NCBI GenBank assembly: GCA_964016885.1 | Contig: OZ024743.1 | Coordinates: forward strand, 298,654,001-298,718,000 | Direction: 5' to 3' | DNA: 64,000 nt | Source of the DNA: Eledone cirrhosa | Lineage: Eukaryota | Shown here: positions 54,674 through 64,000 of the stretch, piece by piece | Layout of the letters: the number at the start of each line of letters is the position of its first letter | How positions within the stretch are numbered: the stretch's first letter is position 1 | Notes under the pieces: model-generated | The model's input: only the letters and a program-made list of their open reading frames with translations | The model's database searches: none | Told to the model about the DNA's origin: nothing | Position numbers and translations under genes: made by a program

Positions 54674-57600
54674 TTACAGATATATACTCAGAGTAGGCCC
54701 ATTCACTCGGGCCATTCTTGCTTCTCTCACCCATCTTTCAACAAAATGCTGGGAAGAGAGCACTTCCCTCTCTACTCTGATTTTCCTTTTCAAATGAAAT
54801 TTGAAAAAGTCAATCAGAGCATCACCGAAGAGGTAAGTGCTCGTCTTCAGCCCTTTCAAACGTGTCCACCATACTATCTCTTTCGCCATGGCCACCAGAC
54901 AGATAAAAACTGCCTGCCCTTCCCGGCTAAAGGAGGAGGGCGGGGCAATCCTCACGATGGACTCAGATGATAGCCGGATCCGTCCTAAACGCGACAGCAG
55001 GTGTTCGACATAAACCCACAAGTCAGCAATTTTCGGACACTGGACGAGTGCGTGCAGGACGGTTTCGTCGCCCTGCGCGCATCTCGGACATGCCCGGCTG
55101 ACGGCACCTCCATGCCTGTAGAGTTTATCCCGAACTGGCAAGGCTCCTCGGTAGCACTGCCAGGCCAGAGATTTCTGGAAGTTGTCCATAGGCCCTGGCC
55201 CGAAAGTTCTTCCGAAGAGATTGGCTAGTTGATTTTCGTCGACGCCTAGAGTTTCCCCAAGTACGTCGTCGCTCTTCCCCTCCACTAATCCTCTATAGAA
55301 CGCCGAGGTGGAGTTTCCACCGATCACATTGCCCGATTGGTCGAGGGCTGTGAGCGCCTGAAGACATTCCAGTCTCCAGGCGCTCCCTCTCGGTCTTCGC
55401 TTGACCCAGGACTGCAGCTCCGTCAAGGAAACGAGCTGGGGAAAAACGCGTCTAGCAAACGGCGACCACACCTGATCACCGTCGAGGAAAAGGTGGAGAT
55501 GTCGTAGCCTGAGCGCGTGCCTGCGCATCATCAGCCACGGCATGCCCAGCCCTCCACGTAGCGGGTGTTGACAACAGATGGACCGCCTGACCATCGGAGC
55601 ACGTCCCTTCCACAAAAAGCGAAAGAGCAAACGCTCCAGCGCAGTCAGGCGAGGCTTAGGACAAGGTACGACGGTTAGGCGGTAGCAGATGACAGACGCG
55701 ATGTACGCGTTAGCCACCGCCGCTCGACCTTTCAGGGATAGCTTCCTCTCGGCCCATTTCTGGGTGAGAGAAGCCACCCTGCTCGTCACCTCGTCCCAGT
55801 TTTTGTCCGTCTGGAGGTCCGGACCGAACCAGACCCCTAGCAATTTAACCGGTCCGTCCGTCCAGCGCCCGACGACGCTGTTGGACGGCATGGACCTGCC
55901 TCTCCAGGTGCCGAGCTGCAGGCCCACCGACTTTTCCTGGTTGATCATTGCTCCTGTCACCGCTTCGTATTCTCTTAGTGTAGTGCCGATCGCCTCGATG
56001 TGTTTGGCGTTCGACACCAATACGGTGACATCGTCCGCATATGCTGACACGGATCTTCCGCATCATAGTTCGCGCGGGACTCCCCTCAACGACTCCAGTT
56101 TGTGCAGTAATGGCTCGAGAGTCAATACGTACAAGAGGGACGAGAGGGGACATCCTTGGCGGACCGAGCGCATGATGTTGAACGGTTCCGACAGGTGACC
56201 GTTCACTCTCACCACAGAGCAGATGTCGCTGTGCATGGCAGCGATCCAGCCTCTGAAGACGGGCCCAAAGCCAGCCGCCCTCAGGACTGCCGCTAGGTAA
56301 CGATGGTCGACCCTATCGAAAGCTTTCGACTGATCTAAATTGATCAAGGACCCACCCGAGCCAGGTTCCTTAGCTACCCTCTCTATGATGTATCGCATGA
56401 GGTGGAGGTTGTCGTGGATGGATCTGTCGGGAATGGCGCATGTCTGCGCCTCTCCCACCAGACCACCAACGACAAGCGCCAACCTCTTTGCTAGCACCTT
56501 GGCCAAAATCTTGAACTCTGTGTTTAGCAGAGTTATGGGCCGGAAATTGTCTATGTTATCCCCCTTGTTCGGATCCTTTCTCAGCAGTGCCACCGCTCCT
56601 CGGCTCACAGAACTGGGAATTCTCCCGTTCTGTTGCCAGTTGCAGTAGACGTCCACCAAGAGGCCTCCGAACAAGTCTGGCATCTGTACGTAAAGTTCAT
56701 AGGGCAGACCATCCAAACCAGGCGATTTACCCCTTTTGCAGCCAGTCATTGCCTCCCTTACTTCAGCGGCTGTTATCGGCTTTTCGCAACACTTCGCCTC
56801 AGTGGCCGAGAGCCGCGGCAGTCCGTCGAGGTAGACACTAAAGTCCATCCCTCTACCCGGCCCCCCGCTGCCCCCGAACAGCTGAGCGAAGTGTCGCTGA
56901 AAAGCTTCACACATTTGCCCGGGATCGAGTAGCATGCGCCCGTCGTGGTCCACCAAAGACTGGATCGTGGCTTTGTTGCCACGACGCGCCTCCGCCACTC
57001 GGGCCCATTGAACGGCTTTCGTCCCCTCGTATCTGAGAGCACGCACCCTAGCTCTGACAACACAGCCTTCGTGCTTTGCATTGAAGAATTGGTCAAGGGC
57101 CAATTTCGCCGCAAGCACGTCGGTCGCAATGCCTTTGCTAAGCGCCTCGTCTAATTTTCTAACTAGTTCTCCCTCTGCTCTATTTTTCTCTATTGCTAAA
57201 GCCTTACTAAACCTAATCGATTCTATTCTAATCGCTCTTTTCAGAGCAAACCACCACTTGTTGTTGACGATGGCCCCCGTCAACGCCCGCTTAACTAGTT
57301 CGCTAATCCGGTCTCTGTAGGCCTTGCGCGCTGGTAAGGACGCGTTTAGCTTCCAGTAGCCGGGTCCTCGTCTATGAAGCCTATCTAAGTCAAGCACACA
57401 GGTCACGAATTTGTGGTCCGTGTAGCTGACTATCTTGAATTGTGGACAGCCTATGCTAGACCTATCTATTTCCCTACAAAATACTCTATCTAGATATGAT
57501 CTGGATGACCCTATGCGGTTTGTCCAAGTCCACATTGGCACATTCGGGAAATCCAATCGGTACCTGTCAGACAGTTCAAAACGCCTGAGCAGGTTGGTGA

Positions 57601-58093
57601 GGCTCTTGCACCCTCCACCCCTATCCGCTAATCCCACACAGTCCCAGCGTGCATCTAAGATCCCGTTCCAGTCGCCCACTAACACTAAAGAGCGGGACGT
57701 TCCAAGAAAGGTCTCCAGACGCCGGAAGAAATCAGGCCGCCCTGCTCCTGTCGGGGCATAGACGGCCACTAGCCTGAAAGCTTGCCCGTCTCCGCTGGTC
57801 ACGTCCAGCACCACCAGCTTACCCTCTGGGTCCAGGAAGATGGCCCGTATGGCGAGATCCAAACCTCTCCGAAAAAGTACAGCAACTCCTCCACCCGATC
57901 CAGGACGGCTGGGAGATGCGTACACATCGTAGCCGCCGAAGATCGGTGCGAAGGCCCGTGCTTCGGAGATTCTGGTCTCGCTGATGGCCACTACATCTAT
58001 ATTTAGTGACCTGAGGTCGTTGAGCAGGTGACCCTGCTTCCATGACGACCCCAAGCCACGCGCATTTATGCTGCCTATTCTGAGTGAGGTCAT
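54674..58093 (-). pseudogene. Tx1 ORF2 (APE + RT + zinc region) with one in-frame TGA at 56063-56065
   Basis: INARGL, SETR, GDWN, YLDR, TDH (APE); DQSKAFD, RQGCPLS, YADD (RT); CPRC..H...C. The two listed ORFs are in the same frame. Confidence 0.92.
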
Positions 58094-58128
58094 GTTTAAA
58101 ATAGAGTGGAAAAGATGGGAAAGACCAC

Positions 58129-60196
58129 TTACCGTACTTTTGGTAGAGGAGGGATGGTTTTTACATCCCTTTTCACTTGATCGTCTGGTGAAGGGACCGT
58201 TGAATCGTCCCTTCGGCTGGTCGTCGGCTCTTCTAAGAGAATGTCTGAATATACTCTTCGATTGATGGTTCCTCCTAGGTCCCTGAAATCACCAACTGCG
58301 TTGGGGAATTTCGTTTTAATGTTTGTGTATTGTTTCTGTGCTATTTTTAGCAGTCTTATGTTAGTTGGCGTTTTGATTGGTGCTGGTATTATGTAGTCCT
58401 GTTGTGAAATGTCTGTGTTCAATTATGTAAGTCATTAGTTTCTTGTTGTGTGTGTTTATTGCCGTGCATTTGTTTTTCTGGGGGTGGGGTGTGGTTCTGC
58501 TATTTTCTTGTCGTTGTTGCTGGGTGTGTGTGTTTTGTTGTTGTGTTTGCGATGTTGGTGCTTGTGGTGGTGGTGTTGAAGGTGTTGTTGGCGGTGGGGT
58601 TGTCGCCGGTGGTGATGGTGGTGCTAGTGTGGGTGGTGATGGTGTTGGTGATGTTGCTGCTGTGGGTCTCTTTGCAGTAGACTTTACCCTTTTCTCATTT
58701 CTTTCCTCCCCTTTCAAAGGCGACGATGCGCTGCTTCTGCGTTTGTGCCTTCTTACGACCTTTTGCCATCCCTCTCCCACCTCACACTCCATGTCTGATT
58801 CTGTGAGGTCGGGGAGGGGTACCAGCTCCACTCTTTCACTTGTTGTTGTTGGTGATGTTTGCACTGGAGTCTCTGTTGCAGCTGCATTTGGTATTGTTGT
58901 TGTTGTTGTTAATATTTCCACTGCTGCTGCTGTTTTTGATTTCCGTGGAGTGGGTATGGGTGCCACGGGCCTATCGTTCCTGGTTGCCGCTTGTCCTGTT
59001 GCTGGTAGCCGTGGAGCCGGATTCGGAAGGAGGGGGGTTTTCTCCTTTCTCAGGGTCTTCTCGTTGCAGAAGGCCCTGAGGTGAGTCTTCGATCCACAGC
59101 GAAAGCATTTCGGGCGTTTGCCCTCAACACTTATGGGCAGTTGAGTGCCGTTATCGAAGTCTATCACATCCGGGATAGCTTCGATGCACTCCTGGTTGGT
59201 TTGGATTAGCATCTCAATGGAGGAGCCGACCCAATCTTCTCTTACTTTTTTCTGTACTTGCAGTACAGTTGTTTTCTCCTCGATTCCGACGAGGACAGAC
59301 GCGGCCAGCCAAGAAGGGGTCATTCCGGGGGGGACGTGGGTCAGTTTGACCCTCACAATTTTTTGCCCGCAGTAGGAGGGCACCAACACCATTTCCTCGC
59401 TCCTTAGGGTCACTACTGATTGGGCCTTTGCCTCCTGGGGTGTGGCAAAAAGTACGTCTACGGTGGCATATTTTTTGCCTCGGGTGATGTGCGTTTTCCG
59501 CTGCCACACAGACCCCAAGGCTTTTTGTATTTGGGCCTCTGTGGCTCTTTCCACCCTACGGGATTTTGTACTTACTGTACGGTACGTGACCGTACAGTGC
59601 TCTTGGGTTTCGAAAAATTTTTCCGCTGCCTTGCAGATTGCTCGGTGTCCGTTCTTTGTCACCATCTTCTTCGCTTCCTCTAATTCCTCATTTGTTATGA
59701 GGATTGTTTCCAAGTTTTTCGCAATACCTGCAAATGAGATTGGTTTTTCTCTGCTGTTGTTGTTGTCGTCAGAGCTGCTGGTACTTTTGTTGTTGCTGCA
59801 GGTACTACGACTACTGCCTCCGCCGCTGTTGCTGTGGTTGTTGTTGGTGTTGCTGCTGCTAATGCTGTTGTTGTTTATGCTGCTGGTGATGCTGTTGCGG
59901 CTGCTACTGTTGTTTTCATTGTCACTGTTGCTGTTGTTATTACGGCTGCTACTGCTATTATTCCTGACGTCAGACGAATGAACTGGGTTTTCGTATTTCC
60001 CGCACACCTGTTTCGTCGCTGTCGTCGTCGTCGTGGAGAAACCTTGCACGCTTTGCACGAGACTTTTCTTTTCTTTCGTCACTTGCGAAAGAGAAGGGAG
60101 GGAGAGAGACAATCTTCTCTCTGCTGTAGTGATGATTGAGGAAGAAGAAGACGGAATGAGTGGGAGTGACGTATGAAATTTCTTTTTCGTAGCCAT
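58129..60196 (-). CDS. Tx1 ORF1 with single CCHC knuckle; frameshift near 58420
   Basis: CFRCGSKTHLRAFC. Homologous to ORF1 at 22437-24171, including the C-terminal segment in ORF 58129-58422. Confidence 0.85.
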
Positions 60197-60411
60197 GTTG
60201 TTTTTTGTTTAAAATGAAATTTTGGGTACAAAACCCCAATAACTGGTTATTTAACCCCGAAGGGCCAAATAACGGACAGAAAGACCCCTCTCACGAGGAG
60301 GAGGGTGTCTTTATCAACAATTTGGTTCAAGTTTTAAACAATTTACAATTGTTTTAACGGTTAAAAATTACTATACCTTACAGAGCCGAGCCTCCGTCAA
60401 CCATGGCATTC

Positions 60412-60441
<30 letters not shown>

Positions 60442-60443
<2 letters not shown>

Positions 60444-61502
60444 AACATGTTCCACAAGAGGAGTGATGTCGATAGACTCTACCTAAGGAGATCTGAGGGT
60501 GGAAGAGGTCTTATCAGCATAGAGGACTGTGTTCAGATGGAGAAAAACAACCTATACAAATACGTGACCTATAGTAAGGAGCCAATGCTCAGAACTGTAC
60601 TGAAGGAGGGGACAGTAGGCCAGGGGATGTCCAACGAGGAAATAACATCAAAGAGGAAGAGCAGCCTTAAGGGAAAATCCCTTCATAGTACCTTCTTTGA
60701 GAAAACTGAATTTAGAGATCCACAGACATGGAACTGGTTGAGAAGAGGAGACCTCAAAAAGGCTACAGAAGGAATGCTAATGGCTGCGCAGGAGCAGGCC
60801 CTCAAAACGAAGTGGTTGAAGCACCATATTTACAAGGAGGAGGCTAGCCCACTGTGCAGGATCTGTGGAGAGAGAGAGAGGAGACTGTGGCTCACATTGT
60901 GTCCGAGTGTAAACACCTAGCCCAGACCCACTATAAGGGCTGGAGACACGATGTGATGGGCAGGGTGATCCACTGGCACCTGTGCAAAGTAAACAATTTA
61001 CCACATTCTGAGAAATGGTATGAGCATAGGCCAGAGGCGGTGATGGAGAACAATCAGGTGAAGGTGCTGTGGGATTTTAGGATACAGACGGACACAAAAC
61101 TGGAACACAATAGACCTGACCTGGTGGTTGTGGACAAAGAAAAAAGATCGTGTCTGATTGTGGATGTGGCCTGCCCTTTCGACACGAGAGTGCAAGAGAA
61201 GGAGAGGGAGAAAATTAACCGATACCAGGACCTAAAGTGGGAGGTGAAAAGGATTTGGAACTGCCATGAAGTCAAAGTGATCCCGATTGTCATAGGCGCA
61301 CTGGGGACTATCTCCAAAAGTTTCCAGGGATGGTTAAAGAAAATCGGCCCCTTCACGCTTTTTGGAACGCTTCAAAAGGCATGCTTGCTGGGAACAGCAA
61401 GAACCCCCCGATACGTCCTGAATATCTGAGGCTGCAGGTAGTGGTTTGATATTCATTCCAACGGACTTTCCAGTTAACCAACATCAATGACTGAGATTCA
61501 AG
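60442..61502 (+). mobile_element. 5'-truncated Dong/R4-type LINE, family C
   Basis: DVDRLY..GGRGL, CRIC, RHD, NRPDL and IPIVIGALG motifs with one frameshift. (TAA)n on both sides. Divergent from families A and B. Confidence 0.9.
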
Positions 61503-61512
61503 TAATAACAAC

Positions 61513-61578
<66 letters not shown>

Positions 61579-61763
61579 TGTTTCTACATTTGGCACAAGG
61601 CCAGCAATTACACCAGTACATGACTGGTACTTTATTTTATCGAACCCTGTAAGGATGAAAGGCAAAGTGAACCTCGGCGGGATTTGAACTCAGATCATAA
61701 AGGGAGCTAACTCTATGCTTCAAAGCATGGCGTCCGACCCTCTACCGATACTGCCAATCCACC
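61579..61763 (-). mobile_element. Meta-type SINE within the (AAT)n array
   Basis: Same family as 17391, with (ATT)n at both ends in element sense. Confidence 0.9.
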
Positions 61764-61776
61764 TAATAATAATAAT

Positions 61777-64000
61777 GATTTCATTTATTAGCCACAAGGG
61801 CCGACATGTAGGGGACAATACAAAGACAGGGACAGTGGGGATTTACAATAAGGTCGAGTAAAAGTGCACAATGGCAAGCCTAATTTAACAATGAACATAT
61901 AAAAATATAAAATAAACTATGCATAAATATAACAAAATAAATTCCCCGATAGGGGGTGGACGACCCTGGGGTGATTCGGGTACCCCACCAATCCTGAACC
62001 ACCCTGCACTTCTAGGGCACCCAGGGAGAGCACCCCTCTCCTCAAGTTAGCCAGCCTATAGGCCCATGGTCAGAGTAGGCCCATTCACACGAGCCATTCT
62101 CGCCACATTCACCCACCTTTTAGCAAATTTACTGGGGGGGGGGGGGCAGCACTTCTCTCTCCACCCTCACCCTCCTTTCCAGGTGAAACTTGAAGAAGTT
62201 GATGAGGGATTGGCCGAAGAGAAAAGTGTCTGTCTTTAGTCCTTTCAACCTGGTCCACCATATAATCTCTTTCGCAACTGCCACCAGACAGAGGAAAATG
62301 TCCTGCTCTTCCTGACCTAAGGAAGGTGGCGGCTCGATCTTCACTATGGACTCGGCCGATAGCCGGATTCGTTCCACACGCGACAGTAGCTGTTCAACAT
62401 AACTCCACAAGTTAGTAATGCACGGACATTGGACAAGTGCGTGCAGAACGGTTTCGTCGTTCTGTGCGCATCTTGGGCAGGTCCGTCTGACAGCGCTTCC
62501 GTGCCTGTAGAGTTTATCCCGAACCGGCAGTGCCCCGGTAACACTGCCAAGCGAGGGATTTCTGGAAATTGTCCATCTTCCCCGGCTCAAAAGTCCTCCG
62601 GTACTGACTGGTCAGTTCGACTTCGTCGAGGCCTAAAGCTTCTCCGAGTGCGTCGTCGCACTTGCTCACCACTAATCCTCTATAGAACTCGAGAGTGTAA
62701 GTTCCACTGATCGCATTGCTCGCTTGGTAGAGGGCAGTGAGTGCCTGGCAACATTCCAGGTGTCAGTCACCCAGTCTCGGTCTCTTCTTGACCCAGGACT
62801 GCAGCTCAGTCAAAGAAATAAGCTGCGGAAAGGCCCGTCTGATAAACAGCGACCACACCTGTTCACCATTGAGGCAGAATATCTGGAGATGTCGCAGCCT
62901 CAACGCATGTCTGCGCATCATTAGCCACGGCATGCCCAGCCCTCCGCTTAGAGGGTGCTGGCAGCAGATGGACCGCCTCACCAACGGAACTTGTCCCCTC
63001 CACAAGAAATTGAAGAGGAGCCGTTCCAACTTGACGAGGCGCGGACGGGGGCAAGGCACGACGGTTAGGCGGTAGTAGATGACGGACGCGATGTACGCAT
63101 TCGTCACCTCCGCGCGACCTTTCAGTGATAGCTTCCTCCCAGCCCATTTTTGGGTGAGACTGGCTACTCTGCTCGTTACCTCGTCCCAATTCTTTTCCAC
63201 CTGGAGGTCTGGCCGAACCAAACCCCGAGCAACTTTACCGGTCCGTCCGTCCAGCGCCCCACGACGCTGTTGGACGGCATGGGCTTGCCTCTCCAGGTTC
63301 CGAGCTGCAAGCCCACCGACTTTTCCGGGTTAAGTTTGGCTCCTGTCAACCTTTCATATTCCTCCAGTAAGGTGCCGACCACCTCGATTTCTGAGGTGTT
63401 CGACACCATCACGGTGATGTCGTCTGCATAAGCCGACACCGCTTTTCCACGTCCCGGTTCGAGCGGGATGCCCTTCAACAGCTCCAGCTTCCGCAGTAAA
63501 GGCTCGAGAGTCAATACGTACAGAAGGGAAGAGAGAGGGCACCCTTGACGGACCGATCGGGAGAGCCGAAATAGTTCCGAGAGGTGGCCATTAACCTTGA
63601 CCACCGAGCGTGTGCCGCTGTGCATTGCAACGATCCAGCTTCTAAAGACAGCTGCTTTGAGGACAAACACCAGATACCGATCGTCGACCCTATCGAATGC
63701 TTTCGATTGATCTAAATTGATCAGTGCCCCACCGAAGCCAGGTTTACACCCTACCCTCTCTATGATGTATCACATGAGGTGGAGATTGTCGTGTATGGAC
63801 CTGGCTGGGATTGCGCAAGTTTGCGCCTCCCCAACCAAATCCTCGACGACAAGCGCCAATCTCTTTGCTAACACCTTGGCCAAAATCTTAAACTCTGTGT
63901 TGAGCAGAGTTATGGGCCTGAAGTTGTCTAATGTATCCCTCTTGTTCTCGTCTTTCCTTATCAGCATCACCACTCCCCTGCTCACAGAACTGGGAATACT
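61777..64000 (-). mobile_element. Third Tx1-clade LINE: 3' portion with frameshifted ORF2, running off the window
   Basis: FRPITLLN, RQGCPLS, YADD and CPRC motifs. The 3' end is GGCCCTTGTGGCTAATAAATGAAATC(ATT)n. Confidence 0.92.

Larger units (their letters stand above)
54413..60411 (-). mobile_element. Full-length (~6.0 kb) Tx1/L1-clade LINE in (ATT)n
   Basis: 5'UTR, ORF1, ORF2 and a 3'UTR with AATAAA. AAT arrays lie at 54392-54412 and 60412-60441. Confidence 0.95.

Noticed and set aside
56050-56070. Programmed readthrough splitting Tx1 ORF2
   Set aside because: The homologous copy at ~63455 has Gly (GGA) there, and the context is not a known readthrough signal. A simple nonsense mutation is more likely.
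58443-59981. Long plus-strand ORFs overlapping the Tx1, Helitron and Dong coding regions
   Set aside because: They are antisense shadows of GC-rich or low-complexity coding sequence with no motifs of their own.
60280-60312. HDV-like ribozyme suggested by TCCTCGT in the Tx1 5'UTR
   Set aside because: No P1/P2 partners or J4/2 were found. It is explained as a simple GUGA-capped hairpin.

Overview
Eukaryotic, AT-rich, microsatellite-saturated DNA with no confidently identifiable host gene. The (TA)n/(TACA)n/(TAA)n density, Dong/R4-type LINEs and CORE- and Meta-type tRNA SINEs suggest a cephalopod such as octopus (inference). The window holds three Dong/R4-type (RT + restriction-like endonuclease) families, including one intact full-length copy with a 1216-aa ORF, and three divergent Tx1/L1-type copies. 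It also holds a rearranged Gypsy remnant, an internally deleted Helitron, RTE fragments, a Tc1/mariner MITE, Penelope-like remnants with minimal hammerhead ribozymes and foldbacks, two SINE families and a 68-bp minisatellite. The main signal is a retroelement community partitioned by microsatellite. Tx1 copies sit in (ATT)n in one polarity and share their 3' ~30 nt with an abundant SINE whose TSDs begin with ATTA. Dong families A and C use the same repeat in the opposite polarity, building a 13.5-kb nested train, while Dong family B is tied to (TACA)n. Most ORFs in the supplied track are microsatellite or antisense artefacts. Coordinates and pairings were read by eye.
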